Shown here piece by piece: positions 13,101-25,900 of a DNA stretch of 64,000 nucleotides. Origin of the DNA: Octopus vulgaris (taxonomy: Eukaryota). Position numbers and translations under genes: made by a program. A model generated the notes under the pieces. The model did no database searches and was not told the origin of the DNA. It saw only the letters and a list, made by a program, of their open reading frames with translations. Where the stretch lies: assembly GCA_951406725.2 (NCBI GenBank), contig OX597819.1, forward strand, positions 9,920,001 to 9,984,000, in the 5' to 3' direction. Every line of letters begins with the position of its first letter. The first letter of the stretch is position 1.

Positions 13101-16100
13101 CGCCGCCTCGACTGGCTTCTGTGCCGGTAGCACATAAAAAGCACCATCCGAATGTGGCCGATGCCAGCGCTGCCCCAACTGGCTTCTGTGCCGGTGGCAC
13201 ATAAAAAGTACCATCCGAACGTGGCTGGCTTCCGTGCCGGTGGCACGTTAAAAGCTTCAACCGATCATGGCCGATGCCAGACCCCCTTGCACCTGTGCAG
13301 GTGGCACGTAAAAAGCACCCACTACACTCGCGGAGTGGTTGGCGTTAGGAAGGGCATCCAGCTGTAGAAACTCTGCCAGATCAGACTGGAGCCTGGTGCA
13401 GCCCCTGGCTTCCCAGACTCCGTCCAACCCGTGCTAGTGCGGAAAACGGACGTTAAACGATGATGATGATGATTCAAAGTAAAATTACTGTAAGATAATG
13501 AAGATATGGTAATTTTTGCGTTTCCTGCTAGAAACTGATGGCCAAGCTGCTCGTGAAAAATGTATGCAGCATTTGCATCTCTTCTTTGTACAATAAGCTT
13601 CTTAGATTTGTAATTAGCCTTTCAGGAAAAGAACCATATTACACTGAGTTTCAGTAGTAATCAATCTGAAAGAGTTATTTTTCATCATTTTCATATTGAT
13701 TAGTATAGGTGCTGTCTTTTTAGCACAACTGTTCAAGTGAGTCCAGCCCACTTATGCATGCCTTTCCTCCCTTGGACACACAAAGACCTGTTGAGGCAAA
13801 CGAAGTCGATATCAAACCTCATCCGACGACAGGCACCCATGCCAACCCCCCTTTGCTTGCGAAGACCTGTTGGGGCAAGTGAAATCGAAATCGAAATTGA
13901 ACCAATCCTATGACTGGCACCCGGCAGATGCCAGGACCCCTGGACTGGTAGTACGTAAAAAGCACTATCCGAATCGTGGCCGATGCCAGCACCGCCTCGA
14001 CTGGCTTCCGAGCCGGTGGCACGTAAAAAGTACCATCCGAATCGTGGCCGATGCCAGTGCCGCCTCGACTGGCTTCCGTGCCGGTGGCACGTAAAATGCA
14101 CCAATCCGACCGTGGCCGTTGCCAGCCTCGCCTGGAACCTGTGCGGGTGGCACGTAAAAAGCACCATCCGACTGTGGCCGTTGCCAGCCTCGCCTGGCAC
14201 CTGTGCGGGTGGCACGTAAAAAGCACCCACTACACTCACGGAGTGGTTGGCGTTAGGAAGGGCATCCAGCTGTAGAAACATTGCCAGATAAGACTGGAGC
14301 CTGGTACAGCCTTCTGGCTTCCCAGATCCCTGGTCGAACCGTCCAACCCATGCTAGCATGGAGAACGGACGTTAAACGTTGATGAAGGCTTAGAGCTAAT
14401 CAGATTTCTTCATCACTCAAAAAGAGTACCAACATTATCTGAGGGCAATCGTTTTCAACTAGTCAGTAGCACAACTTAGAGTAAATTGTTTCAAAAGAAC
14501 TTGACAAAACCCTTGACTGCAGCAAATTGATGATTGTTGTTGTTGTCTTGGAGTTCCAACCAATTCCATTTGCATAGATCTAAGCACTTGATTAGTATTT
14601 TAGTTATGAACATTTTGTCTTTATTGTAGACCCTGTTGGCCCATAATTTAGAATTTTTAAAACTTGTAATCTTATTTATGAATTTGAAAACTGAAATTCA
14701 GCTGCTGTTGCTGCTGTGAAGTGTTCAAGTAGCTAAAGAGAAATTCTCTTTGTTGGCAAAGTATTTGTTTGAGTATTGATTCAAAAAATGTAAGTGTTAG
14801 AGGTAGCAGAGACAATGCAACAAAATATTGTTTAGAGTTTGCTGGTTCTGTGTTCAAATCCACTGGTGATGAATTATTTTACAAACAATGGAGACAGGAT
14901 AGACTAAGTGTTTTAGACTACTTGCCAAATACTTTTCCATTGTTGCAAACGTGTTATGCCTTGTCAGGATCAGTTGTATGTCGTAGTACTTTACACTGAA
15001 ACAATAAATGGATGAACATTAAATTGATTATAATATAGAGAGTAGCAATAGTTCTATATATATATATATATATATAGGCGTAGGAGTGGTTGTGTGGTAA
15101 GTAGCTTGCTAACCAACCACATGGTTCCGAGTTCAGTCCCACTGTGTGGCATCTTGGGCAAGTGTCTTCTGCTATAGTCCCGGGCCGACCAATGCCTTGT
15201 GAGTGGATTTGGTAGACGGAAACTGAAAGAAGCCTGTCGTATATATGTATATATATATATGTATGTATTTGTGTGTCTGTGTTTGTCCCCCTAGCATTGC
15301 CTGACAACCGATGCTGGTGTGTTTACGTTCCCGTCACTTAGCGGTTCGGCAAAAGAGACCGATAGAATAAGTACTGGGCTTACAAAGAATAAGTCCCGGG
15401 GTCGATTTGCTCAACTAAAGGCGGTGCTCCAGCATGGCCGCAGTCAAATGACTGAAACAAGTAAAAGAGTAAAGAGTATATATATATACACACATACACA
15501 CACACACAAATATTTAAAGAGAATCCTTTAGTCTTGTCAAGAAAATGACAACCTCTTTAGTACTGATGCCATGATAAAATACACAAAGTACATTCTGTGA
15601 AACGGTTGGTGGTAGGAAAGACATCTAGCTGTAGAAACCAAGCTGAAGATGAAACCTAAGGGCAGATGAATCTAGGAGGGCTGTTGTAACTCAGAATAAG
15701 AACTCATTTAACCATGACAACTTATCCATTCCGTAATAGTATGGAAAGCAAATGTAATGGGAGAATGATGATAGTGTGGATGGTGTAATTTTTGTTGCAA
15801 AAGCATATTGAACAAGGGTTTAAAAGATCTTGACTTAAAATTGTTTTCTTAATTCTAGAAATCCATTGGATTACCAGATGTCCATTCAGGCTATGGGTTT
15901 GCTATAGGTAAGATGATACTTGAATGTTATTTTGTTGGCCTTTGATCTGCAATATACTGATTTCAAATAAAAAAAACTCTTTTTACAAAATAGTTCTTTT
16001 ATTTTTGGTATTTTGCCATTGAGTTTTTTTTTATCCAGAAGTTCAACAGTTGCTGACTTTGTATCAGTTTCTTTGTTGGTCACTTCTTGACCATTGTGTG

Positions 16101-19100
16101 TGTGTTTAAGCCTGAAGAAAAGAAAAAGTAATAGAGGCTCAGTATTTTATTTCATTTCATTTGCTATTAGATGCTCTTGCCATATTTTCTCAAAGAAATT
16201 TTTTTTAGCATTACCCTTAGAAGTTGATGGTGAAAGCTTTCACTGGCTGAAAAATGATTTCTTTGACTTTGTATTGAATTCAAAGCACACTCAAGTAATC
16301 TCCTCCCCAACAGAAAGTAACAATGCTTTGTGTCTGCTCTTCACCAATGCTCCTGAAATTGTTATCTGTATTATTATCTGGGAATATTCAGGCAATGCCA
16401 ATAATGTTATGATCATTACCAATCTGACTCTTACGGACAGAAAGAAAAACCACCACCTTTAAATGGCTCACATTGGCTGGAACAAAGCTAACTGGAGCTC
16501 ATTCTAATGAGTTACAATAGCCAAACTAGCTTACATTTTGTGATTCTGAAGATGTAAATACCATCCTTCAGCACACCCTTAATTCAATCTTGTCAAGAGA
16601 CTCATTTTCTTCTGTTCTTTATTTTATTTTTTTTTCTTTATATCATCAGGTAATATGGCTGCATTTGATATGAGTGACCCAAAAGCTGTGGTATCCCCTG
16701 GTGGTGTCGGGTTTGATATTAACTGTGGTGTACGTTTGTTGCGAACCAATTTGGATGAAAAAGATGTCGATCCTATTAAGGAACAGCTGTGCCAATGCAT
16801 GTTTAACCATATTCCAGTTGGTGTTGGTTCAAAAGGAATAATCCCTATGAATGCTCAGTAAGTTAATTTACCATTATTCATTTAAGAAACTGCTATTTAG
16901 ACATCAGGCTATGATCTCATGTTAGAAATTTAGTGGCTGTGTTTTAGGCAATTATCATGTTTTGAAATCTTGCCTCAAAATTTTGTGTATAGACAATAAA
17001 CGATTTTAAATATCAATGTGTAAATGCTCTTTTGACGATAAGAATTTTATGCATTCATGTTAAACAAAAAAAGATTTTATTTTCTATTTGAAAAATAGGG
17101 AGGGTTTTCCTTGCATTCAGAATGTGTTTATGTTGTTTCCCTGTTTTCATGCCTTTTACAGGAACTTATTTTAATGTATTTTTTCATGTTCAAACTAGTA
17201 TATGCATTCAGGAATCCTTAAGTTGAGGACACAGGCATAACCACTTGACTGAGATGTTTGCTTTATAATCCTGAAGTCCCAAATTTGATTCCATTGCATG
17301 GCATCTACCATATACTCAGGTTGATCCAAGCCTTTTGCCTAGAAACCCACTGGATGAATTCATCATCATCATCGTCATTATATGAAAGATTTCCATGCCG
17401 ACATGGGTTGGATGTTTTGACAGGAGCTGGGGAGCTGCCCAGGTTCCAATTGTCTATTTTGACTGGACACCCTTCCTAATGCCAACCACTTCAGAAAGTG
17501 TCCTGGGTACTTTTTATGTGGCACCAGCATGGGCATTTTTACATGACACCAGCACGGGCATTTTTATGTCATTCCAGCACATGCAAGCCCTCATGAGAAG
17601 GACGTCTTGGCCGAGAGAGAGAGATGTAGAGGATATATGTATGGACAGTCATAGTTTTACTTAGCTTGACTTGTCTTCTCAAGCACAACCACAAGTCTCA
17701 GTTCTTTGTCATCTTCAGTGTCTTTATGTGAGGCCCAGTGTCTTTAGATCCTTTCTCACTACTTTGTCCCACATCTTCCTCGGTCTACCCCTTCCACAGG
17801 TTCCCTCCACAGTTAGAAATTGGCACTTCTTTATACAGCTGTCCTCATCCAAACACATCACATGACCACACCAGCAAAGTCTTCCCTTTTGCACACTACA
17901 ATTGATGCCTCTTCTACCCAATTTTTCTCTTAAATTATATCTAAATTAACTCTAAGGTCCTTAGATTCCAGACCTGAAATTTCCTCTCTCGTTCTGGTAG
18001 TGATTTGGCTATAAGAACAAGGTCATCAGTCTTAAATTCCCCTGTTTGTCGTGGCCTGGAGGACTATAATAAACAAGGTGGGGCTGAAAACTGACCCTTG
18101 AGGAACTCCTATTTGTACACTAAATCCATTGCTGTAGTCCTTGCCAACCTTCACCTCACTGACAGTATCTTTGTACATTGCTTGTACTGCTCTCACCAAC
18201 CATTCATCTATCCCTAGCTGCTGCGTTGACCACCAGATGGGGGAGCTGGAGACTGTCAAAAGCTTTCTTCAGGTCTATAAAAGCCAAGTACAGAGGTTTA
18301 TTTTTGGCTAAATTCTTCTGCAATTGCCTTACCAGTAGTGTTTCTCCCTGGCACAAACCCAAACTGCATCTCATCTAGGTTAACTCTCTTCCTACTTAAT
18401 TGAGCTATGACCCTCTCTTTAATTTTCATGACCTGGTCCAGCAATTTGATATCATTGTAAATATTTCTGTTTAAGGTGTCACCTTTACCTTGATTATAAT
18501 GCTGTAAAATCAGCCATGGGAAATGACCCCCACCTGATTAACTATATAGGTGACTAGGCCATATCCCACTCCACCGGATATTTTAAGCATCTCAGTGGTG
18601 ATTCCTGAAGGGTTGGGGGTCTTCCCTGTTTTCATATCCTATAATTCAAAGACCCATTTTGTCACATAATGTGTCATGCTTATTCAGTCTGAGAATTACA
18701 TTAAGATTACGTGTACTTGAAATATTTGACAATATACTCGTTAATTTAACAACATCACTGAAACGAAGATCATCAAATTAAAAGACTGTATTTTTTTTTT
18801 ATCAGTAGCAGTAGTAGATAATTAATGCTTAACCCTTTAGTGTTTAAATCAGCCAAATCCGGCCCAATATATTCTACATATTTTATATTCAAACTGGCGA
18901 TATCTAGCCTCTCACTCCTAACCTACAGTGCCATTCTGAAAATAAACAATCACGTCATTGAAACCTCAAAGCTATAAGATAATGCATGATTAATTCAAAA
19001 CAATTTGAGTGAAAAAGTATTACATTTAACAGAGTAATCTGAACACTAAAGGGTTAAAGTCTTGTGCTTTCTCTATATTAATCTCTCTAAGCTGTTAGAA

Positions 19101-22100
19101 ACTAGAGATTTTTACAAAATGCATATAGTTCAGTTTTTAGTTAATATTGATTTAATTTTTGTTTAATTTTAGAGCTTTGGAAGAAGCTTTAGAAATGGGT
19201 ATGGATTGGTCATTGAGAGAGGGTGAGTTATTTTATACTTTTATTTATTTGTGTGTGTGTATTTTTCAGCTGTTTTGCTATCTTGACAATGTTTTTAGAT
19301 GAATCTGGAAATTTAATCATGATTTAAATAATAGCTATTTTAATCGCCTTCTTTGGGTATTTCTTTATAGATATAAAATTTTCACTTTACTTTGGATTAT
19401 TTTTTTAAACTATTATTTGCATTTTCATCCAAATTGTATTAAATAAATTGACGCACATAGCAATCTTATTTTATTATACCGATATAACTATACTATCAGA
19501 ACACAGATAACTATTTCATTTCTATCTTTTAGGTAACTTTACCTTTTATTTATAAAATGTCATCTTTCTCTGGGTTTGAACTGTTTAATTTGTACTTTCT
19601 TTCTTTCATGTTTTTATTTTTATTATCCTTTTTCTCATAGCATTGACATTTTGAGTGACTTTCCCTTAAAATGTCAGTGAGAGAAAAAAAACTTGTCATG
19701 TAAACTTACTTGAAAAACAAACTTAGTTGTTGATTAACACCATACTTGATGAGAGAATTATCTCCCTCCTGCATCCCAATCTCATCATCATCATCATCAT
19801 CATCATCGTTTAGCGTCCGCTTTCCATGCTAGCATGGGTTGGACGGTTTGACTAGGGTCTGAGAAGCCCGAAGGCTGCACCAGGCTCAGTCAGATCTGGC
19901 AGTGTTTCTACAGCTGGATGCCCTTCCTGACGCCAACCACTCCGTGAGTGTAGTGGGTGTTTTTTACATGCCACCGACACAGATGCCAGACGAGGCTGGG
20001 CGAACGGCCACACTCGGATGGTGTTTTTTATATGCCACCGACACAGGTGCCAGACGGAGCTGGCAAACGGCCACGCTCGGATGGTGTTTTTTACATGCCA
20101 CCGGCACAGAGACCAGGCGAGGCTGGCACGGCCACGATCGGATGGTGTTTGTTACGTGCGACGGACACAGGTGCCAGACGAGGTTGGCGAACAGCCACGC
20201 TTGGCAGGTGTTTTTTACGTGCCACCGGCACGGAGGCCAGGCGGGGCTGGCATGGCCACGATCGGATGGTGTTTGTTACTTGCTATAATATAAAAGTGAT
20301 ATGCTAGAATTTATATCAAAAATTTTACCCACACCAATGAAAACCTATCAATGTCAAAAACTTTCAACTTACAACTTGTATATTTTCTGGAATGATTTGT
20401 ACTAATTTCTTTTCCATTTTGTTTGCACACATTAGGCTATTCTTGGGCTGAAGACAAAGAGCATTGTGAAGAGTATGGGCGTATGTTACAGGCAGATCCC
20501 TCTAAAGTTAGTAGCCGAGCCAAAAAAAGGGGACTTCCTCAGGTAAAACATCTTTGAACCAAGCTACAAAAACATTATCAGCGCTTTAATATGTCTGTAT
20601 GATACATTATACACTGCTTTATTTTTGTTGTTATCCATCTTCATCTTCTCTCCCTCTTGCTTTTATCTTCCTTATCAATTCATTGTTTTTCCTTCTTTCT
20701 TTCTTTAATCCTCCACTTTTATTTTTCTAGCTTTTTCTGCCTCAGATTCATATTCTTATCTGCCATCTCCTCCAACATCATCATCATGTTGTCAAACATT
20801 CCAACAAGGTGTCTGTAAAAGTCTTCTGCTGTCTACTAAAATCTGTCTTTCCACATATTCTGTCTTCCCACATATTCTGTAGCCTTCTAGAATCTTTCTT
20901 TCCACTTATTGCCTTTCCTTTTGTAATATTCAATATCAGTTATGAAAACAGCCATTTGTCAATTTTTTTGTCCTTTTTAACTAAACAACCAGTCAGTAGT
21001 TGCTTAATATTTTTCCTAGGAGGCGCAATGGCCCAGTGGTTAGGGCAGCGGACTCGTGGTCATAGGATCGCGGTTTCGATTCCCAGACCAGGCGTTGTGA
21101 GTGTTTATTGAGCGAAAACACCTAAAAGCTCCACGAGGCTCCGGCAGGGGATGGTGGTGATCCCTGCTGTACTCTTTCACCACAACTTTCTCTCACTCTT
21201 ACTTCCTGTTTCTGTTGTACCTGTATTTCAAAGGGCCGGCCTTGTCACTCTCTGTGTCACGCTGAATATCCCCCGAGAACTACGTTAAGGGTACACGTGT
21301 CTGTGGAGTGCTCAGCCACTTACACGTTAATTTCACGAGCAGGCTGTTCCGTTGATTCGGATCAACCGGAACCCTCGTCGTTGTAACCGACGGTGTGCTT
21401 CCATCCACTGTAGTAGTAGAGTGCAATAGTTTATTCTGACTGATCCAATGGCTTTTTACTCTGGAGTTTCCTTGATTAGTTCATTCTTCAGACAGCAATA
21501 GACTAGATGGTGAATAATAGCACATCACTGTGACAATTGGTAAGGTGGGTGACATGCTTGGCTGAACTCAGTCTTTTCTTGTCTGAGGAACCAATAACAC
21601 ATTGAGTAAGCTGGAGAGAAAGATCAGTCAAATTATATTTTAATCTATCTCTTTTACTCTTTTACTTGTTTCAGTCATTTGACTGCGGCCATGCTGGAGC
21701 ACCGCCTTTAGTCGAGCAAATCGACCCCGGGACTTATTCTTTGTAAGCCCAGTACTTATTCTATCGGTCTCTTTTGCCAAACCGCTAAGTGACAGGGACG
21801 TAAACACACCAGCATCGGTTGTCAAGCAATGCTAGGGGGACAAACACAGACACACAAATACACACACATACATATACATATATACGACAGGCTTCTTTCA
21901 GTTTCCGTCTACCAAATCCACTCACAAGGCATTGGTCGGCCCGGGGCTATAGCAGAAGATACTTGCCCAAGATGCCACGCAGTGGGACTGAACCCAGAAC
22001 CATATGGTTGGTTAGCAAGCTACTTACCACACAGCCAATAATTTAAAATACAGAAATTTACTAAGTAGCTATGTCCTTTATTTAATAAATGAAACAGAGT

Positions 22101-22842
22101 TTATTATTTTTATTTTTTTTAATTTTTGGCACTAGTTAGGAACCCTTGGTGCAGGCAATCACTATGCTGAAGTCCAGGTTGTTGACGAGATTTTTGATGA
22201 CTATGCTGCCCGAAAGATGGGGATTGATCACACTGGGCAGGTGTGTGTCATGATTCACAGCGGTAGTCGTGGAATGGGTCATCAAGTTGCTACAGGTAAG
22301 TTCAATGGGTTTTACTTTGTTTTATTAAGCTAATGAATTATATCATTAATCTTCATTGATAAATTACTTCTAATTTTCTGCAATAATACAGATTGCTTTT
22401 AGCTAATGTTGGACATTTATCTGTTGTTAGAGAAAGTTTTCTCAGCTATGCTTCCTACAGCCTACCAGAACTCATCTTCGGACTAAGTTCAGAGACTATT
22501 CATCAGTCATGTAATGTTACATGGTTTCACAGCAGGGAAGAACAACTGAAATTAGGTTTAAAGCTCGTGTGTGTTATATATCTATATATGTGTGTTAGGA
22601 CCATGTAAAAAGCACCTGTGCTGGTTCAATATATAAGGTACCCGTGCTGGTGCTATATATAAAGCACCTGTGTTAGCACTGTGTAAAAAGCACCCAGCAC
22701 ACTCTGTGGAGTGGTTGATGTTAGGAAGAGCATCCAGCTGTAGAAACCATGCCAAAACAGACAATTAGAAGCTGGGCAGCTCTTACCAAATTGTCCAATC
22801 CATGCCAGCATGGGAAACAGACGTTAAAGGATGATGATTGTA

Positions 22843-22900
<58 letters not shown>

Positions 22901-25900
22901 CACAGGGTGCATAAGGTATTTGAGGACAGTTATACACTTACACAAAAATGACTTTTAGAAATTGACAATATTGCCTTTTTACTGAAAAAGGTTTTCATGA
23001 TGAGAATAAACATATTGATTCGTCATTTTATTCAATAAAGTCTCTTTCAGCTTCAATAACGGCTTCTATGCGAGGTCTGAATCGTTTACATACTAGGATC
23101 AAGTGGTCTGTGTTCATATTGGACATTACTCTGACTATGGAGTCTTTTAGGGGTTCTTTGGTATTATGATGGTGCTCATTAACCTCTTTCTCAACTACGC
23201 TCCGTACATAATAGTCCATTGGATTGAGATCTGGGAAGCTAGGAGGCCAAATGTTGGGGGTTACATGGTCATGAAAATGTTCCGCCATCCATTCCTGTGT
23301 TGTTGTAGCCTTGTGTGATGGTACCGAGTCTTGTTGAAACACGTAAGCTCTTCCGTTGCGTACATTATCGAGCCATGGTTTAACCACTGTATTCAGAACA
23401 TCTATATAGGCTGTAGAGTTTACTCAAAGACATTGTGGAAAGAAGTGAGGAGGCATCACTTGTCCTTCATTGCTGACAACCTCCAAAACCATGTCAGTTG
23501 CAGGAAATATTGTATGCATTACTCTTGGAACTTCCAAAGGGTCTGTACATAGCCATCTGTCATTTCTTCTGTTTACTTTCTGATCTTGATCAAAGTTTTT
23601 CTCGTCTGAGAAGAATCAAATGACATCTTTCTCTGCTGGATTTTTTATCCTCATTGTGATGTCCACTTTTCCATGCATGCATAAGCCAGTTGGCATTCTT
23701 TGATTTCTTTGATGTAAATAAGCGCAGGAGTGGCTGTGTGGTAAGTAGCTTGCTTACCAACCACATGGTTCCGGGTTCAGTCCCACTGCGTGGCATCTTG
23801 GGCAAGTGTTTTCTGCTATAGCCCTGGGCCATCCAATGCCTTGTGAGTGTCTTTTATCTTCTAAAGTTAAGAAGACCAGATTTTATGAACCGTGTAAGCA
23901 GATTATTGTTTGTGTAATTATTTACATATTTGCTTTTTTCTCTTTTGTTCTTTGTAAATTTGTAGATGCTTTAGTTGCCATGGAGAAAGCAATGAAGCGG
24001 GACAAAATTGAAGTGAATGACCGTCAACTTGCCTGTGCACAAATCAGCTCTCAAGAAGGCCAAGATTACCTGAAAAGCATGGCTGCAGCTGCAAACTATG
24101 CTTGGGTCAACCGGACTAGCATGACATTCCTTTCCAGACAGGTAGATTCTTTCTGTACCATCCTATTGCTTTAATGCTGTTATTAGAAATACAACATTAT
24201 TAGAAATGAAAAGCTCTTCACAGTAGATCGTCAGAAATAATCAGCAGCCATAAATATTAGTTTCAGATTCTATCACAAGGCTGGCAAGTTCAGTGGAGAG
24301 GATAGGTTGATTACATCAACTCCAGTGCTCAACTGGTATTTATTTCATCGAATCTGAAAGGATGAAAGGCAAAGTCAACCTCGGCAGAATTTGAACTCAG
24401 AACATAAAAGCAGGTGAAATGCCGCAAAGCATTTTGCCCGTTGTGTTGATAATTCTGCCAGCTTGCCACCTTAGCCATAAATGTTAACACCTTAAAGACG
24501 AGGCCTTTCTCATTTATAGATTCCTTTTAAAATAGTTACAAACAAAGCACGTTATTTTAATTGTAAACGAATATCTAACCATAGATAAGTGAATACTGCT
24601 CTGTTAATAAAAATAAACTGTTAATAAAAATAACTAATAGGCACAGGAGTGGCTGTGTGGTAAATAGCTTGCTAACCAACCACATGGTTCTGGCTTCAGT
24701 CCCACTGCGTGGCATCTTGGGCAAATGTCTTCTGCTATATCCCCGGGCCGACCAATGCCTTGTGAGTGGATTTGGTAGATGGAAACTGAAAGAAGCCTGT
24801 CGTATATATATATATATGTGTGTATGTTTGTGTGTCTGTGTTTGTCCCCCTAGCATTGCTTGACAACCGGTGCTGGTGTGTTTACTTCCCCGTCACTTAG
24901 CGGTTCGGCAAAAGAGACCGATAGAATAAGTACTGGGCTTACAAAGAATAAGTCCCGGGATCGATTTGCTCGACTAAAAGCGGTGCTCCAGCATGGCCGC
25001 AGTCAAATGACTGAAACGAGTAAAAGAGTAATACTGAAGAGCCATTCATTTGTGCAAATATCAATTTTTAGAACCTCTCTTTACATACTAGAAGACTTAT
25101 GTGTATCAGAGAAAGTCTGTCTATATGCATACAGACAGCAAATTAGCAGTCAGGTGTGGTTAAGAAGCTTGCTTCCCAGCAACATGGTTTCGGGTTCATC
25201 TCACTTTGTGGCACCTTGAGCAAGTGTTTTCTAACCAAAGCAGTGTGAGTGAATTTTGGTAAACAGAAACTGAAAGAAGCCCTTCATATATATATATGTG
25301 TGTGTGTGTGCTTATGTCTTCTTTTGTTTTGATATTGTGTAATTGTTGTAAATGAATGTCATTCATTTCCAACATTCTGCAAAAATGTTTAACCATGGGG
25401 AAATATTACCTTGCCTGGAAACAAGTGAGTGTTGGCCACAGAAAGAGCATCCAGCTGTAGAAAATCTGCCTCAATAAATTCTGGCCAACTCATGCAAACA
25501 TGGCAAAATGGATGTTCAGTGATGAGGATTAGAACATTGGATAGAATATCTTTGGGTATTTCCTCTGACTTTCTAAGTTCTAATATCACTAAGATCAGCT
25601 TTGTCTGTCGTCTTTTCAGAGTTGAAAAACAAAAAAAAAAAACAAATAGGCGCAGGAGTGGCTGTGTGGTAAGTAGCTTGCTAACCAACCACATGGTTCC
25701 GGGTTCAGTCCCACTGCGTGGCATCTTGGGCAAGTGTCTTCTGCTATAGCCCCGGGCTGACCAATGCCTTGTGAGTGGATTTGGTAGATGGAAACTGAAA
25801 GAAGCCTGTCGTATATATGTATATATATATATATGTATGTGTGTGTGTTTGTTCCCCTAGCATTGCTTGACAACCGATTCTGGTGTGTTTACGTCCCCGT

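Noticed and set aside
19960-20280. Repeat-spacer pattern in RTE 3' UTR arrays as CRISPR
   Set aside because: The variable parts are a few mutually similar recurring types within a retroelement UTR, not unique acquired spacers.
21019-21095. tRNA gene (TCG anticodon-like in some copies)
   Set aside because: It is the head of SINE C, continuing into a 300-bp shared body with TSDs; the acceptor stem is incomplete.
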